A stretch of DNA of 64,000 bases from Octopus bimaculoides (GCF_001194135.2 NC_068987.1:27843240-27907239); one strand, 5' to 3'. Shown: positions 1 to 10,651, counted from the first letter of the stretch. Made by a program: numbers and translations. Notes: a model not told the origin generated them from the letters alone.

Positions 1-426
1 ATCAATGTACTTGTCAGTGCAAGAAGTATAAACAACTTTTTCTACAAAGGACTTGAGAAAGAAAATGCCAGAATAAAATCTAAGAGATTCATATTTATCC
101 TTATGAGAAAAAGTGATGTGAGTCCAGTTCAGCATTGACAATATCTAAAGGCTATAACAGTTACTTGAAAATATAAGTAAAAGGGGTTTCGGAGATGTTC
201 CCTCTATTCTTCTTACTCATCTATAGAGGGAACCTCTCTGAAACCACTTTAACATATATTTTCAAATAACCGTTATAGCCATTATTTGTAGTTAATACCT
301 AACTGAACTCACATCTTTTTTTCTCATAAGGATAAATATGAATCTCCAAGATTCTATTCTGCTATTTCCTTTCTCAAGTCCTTTGTACAAAATTTGTTTA
401 TACTTCTTGCACAAGAGTACATTGAT
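1..426. repeat. Long foldback palindrome (arms 1-207 and 223-426, 15-nt loop); MITE/foldback-like
   Basis: The reverse complement of 223-426 aligns with 1-207 over its whole length (roughly 85% identity by eye), e.g. atcaatgtac/gtacattgat, gagattcatatttatccttatgaga/tctcataaggataaatatgaatctc, gttccctctat/atagagggaac. It may extend past the window start. Confidence 0.9.
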
Positions 427-1928
427 ATATAATTAATTTAATTAATTTAATTAATTCAACTCAACCATGAATTTGCATGGTTTTTATATCATTGTACGAA
501 ACGATCGTCAGCATGAATTAAATTTTTGTTATATTTTAACATCTTCGCTTCTCCATTTTTAGTAGAATTATTGAGTTTTATGGGATTCCTTTCCATAAAT
601 TCACAACACACAATATACAAGTATCATTTTCATATTCGCAAATTTACGACTGTAAACTACCAGCAAAATATGAAGAATCAATGCTAGAAATCGTTTTTGG
701 AAATCTCCAAATTAAAGGACGAATCTAATTCAACCTTTTTACATACACATATATATAGATATGATTTTATTTAATTTATTCAAACCACTTGAAGAATTTT
801 TCAAATTCCCGCCAGGCTTCTTTTTCCAAAATGTAGTTCTGTTGTAGTTTTGTTTTCTGATGACGAAATCGTATTCATTTTTTCTAGAAATTAATGATAA
901 AAAGGTTACAAGCATTTAAAATTGCGTAATTTTATCCAGTCGAAGCCTTCATTACCAGGCATACCGTAAGTCATGACTGTTTATCTCTATGGGAACAGCA
1001 CACAACTAAATTTTATGTGGTCTCTCCAGCTGCTAAAAATAGCAACTAAATCTTCGTTAAACTACGTCACAATGGCTAATAAAAAACAAAAAAGACCACA
1101 CAATGTGCCACAGTACCGTTTATTTTCTCACTTGAGACATTTAAGTGGTTTCTACTTATCGATTGTTCTTAATAATACCTAAATTAAAGTAAATTTCTGA
1201 GGGTGTGAACTTTTATCGATCTCACGCCACTTGAAACACTTACGGGGCGCCATATATGTTGGGCTTTCTCTTTCTTTATGGTGAAATTGTTTTACAAACT
1301 TTGATAGTGGCGGAAGACTACTGTCAGAAACATTAGCATCAGCATCGTCATCGACACTACGTTTCATACAATAACAATATTTGAAGTCAATTCCTTTTTT
1401 CTACCATCTTCTTTTCAAAATTTGTTTACAATTTCTTTAGAAAGGAGAAAGTAACATCAATCTCGGAATGGGGCAAGTGAGTGTTTTTAGGATCGTGCGC
1501 TCAATAAAATATTATTTTAATAACACTTTCGAACTCAGCACCATACTCATCGTCGATGTGAATTTAGATCCTTGTGTAGTTTAAGGATGATTTTGGATGC
1601 TAGTTTTAGCTGGACGAGAGACTACATAATGATTCAGGGATGATGTTCCCTTAAGACAGCCACAACTTCCGGTACATAAGGCAATGAATGCTACGAGTGT
1701 CTGAAATTACATCATTTCAAATGCTTATAACATTTTTACTAATAGTATCAATCCAATGTTCATATATGCATATATGTATATAAATACATACAAACATGCA
1801 CACATGCGTAGACACACACTTCAAAAATCAGAAACCAAAATTTAGTAATGAGCCCACCTGTAGAATTTTAAAATCAGCAAGGAGGGAAATAGGCTTTTTA
1901 GCTAAAAAGCATAGTAAAAAATACCTGA

Positions 1929-2230
1929 TTGAAATGTTAGCACAAGACTAGCATTTTCGGAAGTGGGGGTAAATCGATTATACCGGACCCAGGGATCAAA
2001 TTGTACTAACTTTATCGGCTCGAAAAGATGAAAGGCAATGTCAACCTCAGCAGCATTTCAACCCAGAACATACTTAGAAATGTTGGTTTCAAATTTTGGC
2101 ACAAGGCCATCAATTTCGGGGTTGGGAGGATTAGTCGATTTCCTCGACCCAGAATTCAACTGGCACTTATTTAGTCGAACCCGAATGGCTGAATGCCAAC
2201 GTCTACCTCGGCTGAAGTTGAATTATGAAG
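1929..2230 (-). mobile_element. Two head-to-tail 5'-truncated copies of SINE family B (tRNA-derived, gcctttcatcctttcggggtcgataa central domain)
   Basis: Both copies (about 1929-2071 and 2087-2230) match the family B tail (tttcaaattttggcacaaggcc) and central domain of the fuller copies at 4051, 50881 and 52300. Confidence 0.75.
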
Positions 2231-2316
2231 CCAAAACCGGGAGGATTGCTTTTCAACATTTTATCGGACACGTTATACAAGCTTTCCCGATCACTGTGTT
2301 TTCAGAGACATGAAAG

Positions 2317-2358
<42 letters not shown>

Positions 2359-3572
2359 ACAGCAGCACTGGAAACGTGTTAGTGAAGAGATCACAGATAC
2401 CGTAACGAAAATGTTGACACTAATGCTTAAATTAACAGGTGTTGTGTGTTTTTGAATGACAAATGTGTCTTCCTCGCCATAATTGCTTTAGTTTCAACAC
2501 ACGGCCACAGATCGAATCATTTGGAATTTACTTTATTTCTATCAGTATATTTTAATAGGCTACATAATTAACCTGCTCTCTACGTACTTCATATATTCAA
2601 GCATCTAATTACACGTCAAATTAGTTTAGAATATGATTTTACTTCTCTACAGACTATATAATAGGACATGTCTACTTTAATTTTTAATGTAATTCACTTC
2701 AATAGGCCGGTAGATTTGCATCTCCATTTTATGCTTATGTATGTATGTGTGTTTGTGATATTTGCAATTATGTATGAAGATGTATGTGCATATGTATCTA
2801 TCAATAATCCTGTACTTTATATGTTGGTGAAGATACGTCCAATCACTTTTTGAATGCAATTTCGAAGCAGCTTCAAAGATGTGATTTAATATTTATTTTA
2901 GTTACAGCGGTATGCATATGTTATTTTACTTTTTATGTAGACTAGCCGATGGCAATATTATACCAAACTCTATCTTAAAAATTATTACATCTTGTTACCC
3001 CTGACTCCAGCAGCGGAAATTCTTTACAGATCTACATTTTAATACAAAGCCACAGCCTATGTATATCTGTTTTTCCCAATTACCTTCAGGTAACATCTTT
3101 TCTATTCTCCAGTATATTCCTTTATCTATTCATAATTTTATAATGATAACATATTTTATAAGATTTTATTTTTTATATAATTTACTTATATGATTCTTTA
3201 CAGTCGATATATATGCGGTTACGAGGTTACATATTTACTACATTTAATACTTTATGTCTCTAACCTAGATTCGTTACATATATTTATGTCCACTTTAATA
3301 GTTAACAGTACTTTAATAGTTAACAGTCTCCAAAGTGCTCTCAGATATTCATAGTCATTATATTATATTTATTTACATCCGCATCATGGGTTCACATTCT
3401 ACAGTTTTCTTTAAAATAGAAGTCAGTTCTTCAGTTTTTCTTCGTAGGATATTTTTGTTAATCGTGATTCATAATTGTTATATATGAAGTCTTTTCCTCT
3501 TTGCTTTTTGATATAATATTTGTATCGAGGCACCGGTTTGCATTTTTGTCACCAATGATTATTCTCCAATAT

Positions 3573-3959
3573 TATTCTCGTTTCAGTTATTTGACTACGG
3601 CCATGTTGGAACACCGCCTTTTCTCCGAAGAAATTGACCCCAAGACTCATTCTTTGTTAGCACGGTACTTACCCCATTGGTCTCTTTTGCCTAACCACTA
3701 AATTGCGGAGGCGTAAACACACCAACATCGGTTGTCAAATGATGGTGGTGGGGACAAACACAGACACAAAGACACAGATAAATATATACATACATATATA
3801 CGATGGACTTCTTTTTAATTTCCGTCTATCAATTCCACTCACAAGGCTTTGGTCGGCCCAAGTCTATAGTAGAAGACACTTGCCCAAGGTATCACGTTGT
3901 GGGACTGAACCCGGAACCATGTGGTTGGGAAACAAGCTTCTTAACACACAGCTACGCCT
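3573..3959 (-). mobile_element. SINE family A (tRNA head + CORE-like ccttgggcaagt domain + internal microsatellite + tail)
   Basis: Collinear with the copies at 10443, 24164, 40040 and 52806. The minus strand has tggttccgggttcagtccc (B-box-like) and ccttgggcaagtg, which resembles the CORE domain of MIR-type SINEs. Octopus CORE-SINEs (OR type) are known; the family assignment is inference. Confidence 0.85.
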
Positions 3960-4050
3960 GTATATGTTCGTACATTGTCATCGTAATTGGTCTTAACGAT
4001 AACAAAACAAACAATATCAGCAACAACAACAATAATAATGATGTTGATGT

Positions 4051-4241
4051 TTGCAAATTTTGGCACAAGACCAGCAATTAAGTCACGACCCCAGTGTTCA
4101 ACTAGTACTTATTATATCGACCCCGAAAGATGAAAGGTGAAGTCAAGCTCGGGGGAATTTGAATTCAGAACATAAAGACGGACGAAAGGCCGTTAAAGCA
4201 TTTTGCCCGGCGTGTTAACGATTCTGCCTGCTCGCCGTCTT
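4051..4241 (-). mobile_element. SINE family B, near full length
   Basis: Head aagacggcgagcaggcagaatcgttaacacgccgggcaaaatgc, central domain and tail, all matching the other family B copies. Confidence 0.85.
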
Positions 4242-4827
4242 AAAATATTGATAAGTGATTTTTTCTTCTTTTTTTGCCAATAACCGGTTACACATGTCCA
4301 TGATATATCAACAGGGTAGACTGTCGTGTTTTCCCATGCACATGGAAATATATTCATCGAGCGTGAAAATCTTCCTTTCATCGGTTTCAGAAGAGCTTGG
4401 GTTAATAGATTTAGAATGTTTTATCTAAAATCTGCCGCACTTTGCGGTTATCTAAAATGTGTTAGGTATATATCATGAGCAAAATATTATACTCTGGTCA
4501 ACTGCTCGAATCAAATCAGCTAAGATGAACTTCACCATACGCTGACATTTGATAAATACCTCTTTCCTTGAGTTTATCTAAAATTATTATTTTTTTTTTT
4601 TTCATAATAGATCGGCGACAAATACTGTAAACAAGATATTCATTTTGTTCTAGATAATTATATCACTAGAACATTTTAAATCCTCGATTACCTTTTTTAA
4701 AGGTTCATGCTATTCAACTTTTTCTTCGAGCAAGGAAGATTAAATGCAGTAATTAAAGTATCTATTTTTCAAGTTTCTCTGTCTTTTGAAATATTTTTAT
4801 CATGTTTTGAAACTATATCGCACTGTT

Positions 4828-4828
<1 letters not shown>

Positions 4829-4876
<48 letters not shown>

Positions 4877-4904
4877 TATTATTATCATTATTATTATTAT
4901 TATT
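4829..4904. repeat. (AAT)n directly followed by (ATT)n microsatellite
   Basis: Read directly; the phase flips at about 4874. Confidence 0.95.
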
Positions 4905-5149
4905 TTGTTGCTCCTTTTGCTTTGTTTTATACGTGCTGTTTTCAATCTTGTCCAGGATTTTAATTATCATCAAGCTGGACGTTTTATTCTGGCTGTTATT
5001 TCTGATTAGCAGCGACATATTTCAAGGAAAGGATACCAAACGCTGAGAATTAAAATTTTGCTAAAACGATTTTGTTATATTTGACAATTTGAAATATTTT
5101 GAAAGATCCAAATATTCTTTGGTTGGCAGTTTTTTTTGTTTTTTTTTCA

Positions 5150-5720
5150 AATATGGGTCTACCCATGAGAATATGTTTTTCTCTAGTTCTGATACTTTGA
5201 GTGGTTCCTGGTATTTTTACCATAGCATTTACGAGTCCCACTTAGTATCATTCCCATTCCCAAGGCTCCGATAATCACAATTATAATTCTCATTTATAGA
5301 TCCTACAGGTTTGACATTTCCAGTTCAATGTCTTTGCATTTAGTTTTAACTTCTCAGGCGTTTAAAGTCGACTAGAATTGATATTTCTATGAGCAAACAA
5401 ACTTTGTTACTGTGATTTTTCACCGTAATATTTAGTTTATCAACCTGAATAATCCAATGAGTTTGAATAGTAATGACCCAAATAACAGAATTATTTTATA
5501 TTCCCACCAGTCCTTCTTAAATGAGAGTTTGAGCTGACAGCATATGAACTAATACAAATACTGTACAAGTCTACCATGGCGGTTAGTATACCTATCTGAG
5601 GCTAGCACACAGCAGATACGGATGAAGTAGTCAGTTTCTCTCGAGTTGTACAACAAAACCAGTAGGTAGGATCAGCACCAATTGTAAAAATGTTATCTAG
5701 ATAATTTCTCGCGGGCAAAC
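5150..5720 (-). pseudogene. Highly degenerate non-LTR (RTE-like) reverse transcriptase remnant
   Basis: Frameshifted minus-strand pieces: ETDYF, a tctgctgtgtgcta stretch resembling the GVLQGDTLAP region, and KLKLNAKT resembling GL.LNAKKT. Many stops; the alignment is by eye only. Confidence 0.35.
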
Positions 5721-6144
5721 ACTGATCCTAAGCTGTTGTAATCAGCCAACCACTGATAGGTCATATTTGGTTCAGTATCTATAATGGGTTATTTATTACA
5801 TAATGCCTTTTCAATATATTATGCAATTCTGCGATTCCATTTGAATTTGATTTAGCTTGAGATTTAATTTGACTAGATTTCATAGTGGGTTCTTCTGTTT
5901 CATCTACTTGCACCTGTCTCAACGATCTTTAAATTCCTTTACATATTTTCTTCTTCTGATACTGAGTTGTTTCTTGGCACTTTCTTATGCGCAGACATGT
6001 TCAAGCATCTGATCGTTATTGTTAGATGTCTAGCCTATGGTTACTGTCTTAAGTGACAATTTCAGCTTCATCAATTCACGTTATCAACCCTTTCACGGGA
6101 TATATAACCCGTGGATCAAAGTACGTAACAGAAGGAGCAGAAGC

Positions 6145-6456
6145 TATTGCTGCTCACTACTTTCAGAGGGGTAAGGCGCCGAGCTGGCAGAATCCTTGGT
6201 ATGCCCGGAAAATTACTAAGCGGCATTTCGTCCGTCTTTACGTTCTAAATTGAAATCATGCTGAGGTTGACTTCGACTTTCGTCAATCGGCATCGATAAA
6301 ACGAAATCTAGTTGAGCACTGAGGGTAATGGAATCAACTTACCCTTCCCTGAAATTGTTGTTCTTGGGTCAAAAGTTGAAATTAGTGCATAGAATGGATG
6401 GTGGATTGGGTAGTAGAAGCGATCAATGAGAAAAATGCTTTGAAAGTAATGAGCAG

Positions 6457-6461
<5 letters not shown>
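6145..6461. mobile_element. TA-flanked MITE with 22-bp terminal inverted repeats, interrupted by a SINE B copy
   Basis: TA|ttgctgctcactactttcagag (6147-6168) and ctttgaaagtaatgagcagcaa|TA (6438-6459) are 20/22 complementary. A TA duplication is typical of Tc1/mariner. Confidence 0.7.
6173..6382 (+). mobile_element. SINE family B, full length
   Basis: aaggcgccgagctggcagaatc head through gaaattgttgttcttgggtcaaaagttgaaa tail. Confidence 0.85.
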
Positions 6462-6502
<41 letters not shown>

Positions 6503-6766
6503 ACTGATGTATTTAGATGTTTGACGGGTGTATTTTGCAGTAATATATATTCTCTTGGAGGCGTTTGATAGGTCTCTCATTTCTTTTAAAGTATCGGCTA
6601 CACTTAAAATATTTTGTAGGGGTGTAGAATGTTAAAATATTAACTCTTCTTGCGCAGTTGATTTCAGTTCTGAGGTGATTCTGACTTTTCAACTTAAAAC
6701 TTTAAATAATGCGGGTATACAAATGAAACCGGATTTGCTGGCCCTGTTTATTATTGCTGTTGTTGT

Positions 6767-8360
6767 ATGTTTGACTTTGGCTTTGTATTTGCACAAGTTG
6801 GCTCCAAGTCTCACCCAGGGACCTCAAGCGATGACATGTTGTTTCATGTTAGTGTTATGCCTAGGGTGTCATATATTTGGCTTTGTAGATAGTATTGTTC
6901 TAGAGAGTGTTTATGAAAACAACAAAAAGTATGAGTTTGTTTTAAAATTTGAGATTACATAGACAATTTTTTTACGTGGGATATGGGAAGTGCTCATGAG
7001 CACTATCTTTTGAATTTTTTCCCAATTTGGGGGGTTTCCTGGTATCTGAAATAGGTAGCAATCAGCCCCTTTTGTTATCATTCCTAGGGAACCTGTGCAA
7101 CAGGTACTGTTTTAGTCTCGAGATCCCACATTTTGCCAATACTTGCTCAGTTTTTGGTAGGTCTTGACAGATATATTTAAATCGATTGGGACAGTCATAT
7201 CCATGAAGAGGCAAGATTTTTGTCTGAAGTCCTTCAATATAATGTCTGGCATTTATCATTCTGTCAGTTTGAATCGTTAAATTCCAGAGGAGTTAGATGC
7301 GATCATTTTCAATCACTGGAGTTGGTTTGTGTTCCCACTAGTTATTTTTTTATCATGTGGCAGGTCCAGGTTTTGCAAATTACACAGTGAATATATTGTG
7401 AAGCTCTATCATGCCTGTTGAGATACTCTGCAGGCGCAAGACGAGTGCACATGGAGACAACATGAGCAATGGTTTAATTCTGTTGTTTTCATACACGACA
7501 TGTTGTGCAGCTGCCGTTCTTTAATACGTTGGTCTGGTAGTTTCTTGTAGGAAGGCATTGATCTTGGGCTGCTATGATAAACACTTCTGCTTCTGATTTT
7601 AAGCCAGATGCCACTTAAGGGATTTGTCAATATTGGCATTATTAGCTCACTTTGAGTATTTGCAATTGAGAGGTTTGTCTTTCCACATATCAGTAAGAAT
7701 ATCTAAGGCAGCAGTTTTAGCACAGATTTTCATAAGCTTAGATTTTTCTGTGCTTGTTTCTAGTACGTCTAATCCTGGAATTTGTTGTATTTAGAATTCA
7801 CTTATATAATCCTCTACCTGTTTTGTTACTGAGAATGAGGCTTTCTTGTTTACATGTTTTGAGACACGTTTTAACATCCAAACGTCAGAGTTTTTCAGGT
7901 AGGGTCTCGGCCAATTGTGGCAATCTTCATTGTTAATTCCAGTTATAAAAGTCCATGGCCTCCCACTTTTCATGGCCGATAAAGTAGTTCTATATCTACC
8001 TTAGGATGGTGCATTCTATGCATTGTCAACAATTTTCGTATTTTCCTGTCAAGATTACATATTTCAGTAATTGACCAGTTAATGATATTGAAACTGTAAA
8101 TCACGATTAGTATGGCTAAAGTATTGACCGCTTCGATCCTGTTTCTTGCATTCAGCTCTAATTTGAGTATTGCTCTTACCCTGCGATAATATACTCTTCT
8201 GATCCTTTCCCTCATCACTGAATGTTTGATTCCGTCCCATTCAAATACCCCTACATATTTGTAGCTCTCCGCCGGTTCTAACTCCTTTATGTCATCCCGC
8301 TGGTTAAGGTTAACACTAGATGCTTCTGTCATTTTTATTTTGATAAAGGTAGGTTTTGCA
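6767..8360 (-). mobile_element. 5'-truncated R4/Dong-clade non-LTR retrotransposon (RT C-terminus, CCHC knuckle, restriction-like endonuclease, 3'UTR); pseudogenised
   Basis: Minus-strand ORF 7970-8332 (SYKYVG...LNARNRIEAVNTLAI...LDRKIRKLLTMHRMHHPK) is a typical RLE-clade RT C-terminus. TCRV*KQQN*TIAHVVSMC near 7440-7500 is a broken CCHC knuckle. The downstream region is collinear with copy 2 and the 3' end is ...caaacata. Confidence 0.85.
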
Positions 8361-8419
8361 TTACTACTATTATTATTATTGTTGTTAATACAGTTCTATA
8401 TTTAAGAGATGAGGAATTA

Positions 8420-8712
8420 TGTACATTATTTACATTAGAAGGATATTTGCCCTTATCTTGTTAGTTGTTAACACAACGTTTCGGCTGATATACCCTCCAG
8501 CCTTCATCGGGTGCCTTCGGAAAATTTCGAACCTGGATCTCATTCCTATGGTATTTTTCGATAATGCTGTTGTTGTTGTTATTATTATCATCATTGTTAT
8601 TGTTGTTGTTATTATTATTATTATTATTATCATTATTCAGGTCACTGCCTGGAATCGAACTCGGTATCTTGGGCTTAGTAGTCCACGTTCTTAACCACTA
8701 CGCCATATACCC
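8420..8712 (-). mobile_element. tRNA-headed non-autonomous element: Pol III head + (AAT/AAC)n linker + about 140-bp PLE-like body + (TGTAAATAA) tail
   Basis: The minus strand reads GGGTATA-TGGCGTAGTGG (A box, 8705-8695) ... GTTCGATTCC (B box, 8660-8651) ... triplet repeat ... ATCGAAAAATACC body to 8420. Confidence 0.8.
8470..8515 (-). ncRNA. Second copy of the hammerhead motif with a U4C core change (CCGAUGA); probably inactive
   Basis: Minus strand reads GGCAC-CCGAUGA-A-GGCUG(gaggguauau)CAGCC-GAAA-CG-UU-GUGUU. Confidence 0.55.
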
Positions 8713-8863
8713 ATCGAAAAATACCTTAGGAATGAGAACCCAGGTTCGAACTTTCTCCAAGACACCTGATGAAGGCTGGAGGATATATCAGCCGAAACGT
8801 TGTGTTAACAACAAACAAGATGAGGACAAATATCCGTCAAATGTAAATAATGTAAATAATGTA
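8713..8863 (+). repeat. Inverted second copy of the same body, starting at the same ATCGAAAAATACC boundary
   Basis: 8713-8863 is the reverse complement of 8420-8562 with scattered substitutions and abuts the first base of the tRNA head. Confidence 0.9.
8761..8806 (+). ncRNA. Minimal type I hammerhead-ribozyme motif (predicted)
   Basis: GACAC-CUGAUGA-A-GGCUG(gaggauauau)CAGCC-GAAA-CG-UU^GUGUU: helix I GACAC/GUGUU, 5-bp helix II, minimal palindromic ACGU helix III. Activity is untested. Confidence 0.65.
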
Positions 8864-8917
8864 TTGCTCTTGTTGTTATTAATATTATTATTGATATTAT
8901 TATTATAATTATTATTA

Positions 8918-9918
8918 TATGTTTGGCTTTTGCTTTGTATTTGTTCAAGTTGACTCCAAATCTCACCTAGAGACATGAAGAGACAACAAGTTAGATGTTC
9001 AAGTTGGTGTTATGAGTAGGGTGCTTTATATTAGATATTGCCCAGTGTATTGTACGAGAGAATGTCTATCAAAATATAAATTAGAAATTTGTTGTAAAAG
9101 TAATTTGATTATAAGAGATAGTCTGATGTTAAGATGAAAGTAAAAGCTATTTCTGTTATGTATATTTAAAAGTATTTTGACACTGTTTACGGATTAAAAC
9201 ATTTGGGGGATTATACAGATAATAAATTACGTAGGATATGGGCAGCTCCCATGAGCACTATTTGAATTTCTTCCATTTTTGGATTTCCTGGTATCTGATC
9301 TAGGTAGCAATCAGCCTCTTTTGTTATCATTCCTAGGGTACCTATGACAAGAGATATTGTTTTAGTCTTGAGGTTCCACATATCTATTTCAAGATCTTTA
9401 TACTTGCTCAGTTTTGGTAAGACTTGACACATACCTTTATGTCGATTGGTACAGTTATATCAAGGAGGAGGCATGATTTTTGTGTGAAGTCTTTCAATAT
9501 AGTGTCTGGCCTATTTGCATCTCTTTTTCCGTCAGTCTGTACGGTGAAGTTCCAATGGAGTAAAATGTGGTCATTTTCAAGCACTGGCGGTGCTTTGTGT
9601 TCCCGCCAGTTTTTATCATGGGGTAGGTCCAAGTCTTTGCAAATTACCCAGTGAATTTACTGTGTTGCTCTATCATGCTTGCTCAAATACTCTGTAGGCG
9701 CAAGAAGACTGCACATGGAGACAACATGATCGATGGCTTCATTTTGTAGTTTACATACACGACATGTTGTACTACTGCCGTTCTTTAAGATGTTTGCCTG
9801 ATAGCTTCTTGTACGTAGGCATTAATCTTGGGCCACTATGATAAACCATTCTTTCTTTGATTTTTAACCAGAAGACACAAACCGCTGATGGGTTAGGACA
9901 TTGTCAACATCGGCATCA
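8918..9918 (-). mobile_element. Second 5'-truncated R4/Dong-clade copy (CCHC + RLE endonuclease + 3'UTR)
   Basis: Minus-strand ORFs give WNFTVQTDGKRDANRPDTILKDFTQKSCLLLDITVP and KLSKYKDLEIDMWNLKTKTISLVIGTLG, a PD-(D/E)xK-type RLE domain. Collinear with 6767-7650, with the same ...caaacata 3' end. Confidence 0.85.
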
Positions 9919-9954
9919 TCATCATCATCATCGTTGTCGTCATTATTATTGTTG

Positions 9955-9995
<41 letters not shown>

Positions 9996-10442
9996 GCGAC
10001 TCATCTAACTCAGTGGCTCGCGTGAAATAAAATTCTTTTGATTAGACATTTCAGAACGAATATTGCAACATATTGAAGAAGATTATTATTCAATCGCTGA
10101 AAGCATTATATATGCATGTCAATGTGTATGGATATAGATATGTAATATATTATTATGCATTTGTTTAACTCAGTCACGTTATAAATGGCGTAGAAAGTTC
10201 TCTTTCATCTTTAAAGTGGTGTTAAGCACATTGCGTTGCTCATTCGAACGCTGTCAACTAGACAATGTGTATCATCAGCAGACTTTGCTCTGTTTCTCCT
10301 CAGACAAATATTGTGGCTGACAACTTCCTACATTCCAAATATTAAAATTAAGCCCGCTGTACAATTCATCTGCCTTTTCTCAAACGTCCGTGTAACCGAT
10401 ACATAAATAATCACATAGATCAATTTTACTAATAATACTACT

Positions 10443-10651
10443 ATTCTTTTACTTGTTTCAGTCATTTGACTGCAGCTATACTGGGGTACCACCTTTAGTC
10501 GAGCAAATCGACCCCAGGATTTCTTCTTTGTAAACCTAGTACTTATTCTATCAGTCTCTTTTGCCGAACCGCTAAGTTACGGGGACGTAAACACACCACC
10601 ATCGGTTGTCAAGCGATATTGGGGGACAAACATATACACACACACACATAC

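Noticed and set aside
857-868. ctgatgacgaaa as a hammerhead core (also ctgatga near 28401)
   Set aside because: There is no helix II between CUGAUGA and GAAA at 857, and no correctly placed GAAA or helices at 28401.
1000-1370. piggyBac-like remnant on the minus strand (acidic stretch, KWREID, EQS..RNHLNVSS)
   Set aside because: The resemblance fades downstream, with no catalytic motifs or TTAA-flanked termini found; a profile search would be needed.
2358-2438. QQHWKRVSEEITDTVTKML resembling the huntingtin WKRLSRQIADIILPML segment
   Set aside because: Only a few matching residues, no pyrimidine tract before the AG, a weak donor and no other supporting exons.
8636-8712. tRNA-like heads (also 61183, 39325 and families A and B) as true tRNA genes
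   Set aside because: A and B boxes are present, but I could not build a full cloverleaf with an acceptor stem, and each head runs into a repeat body.
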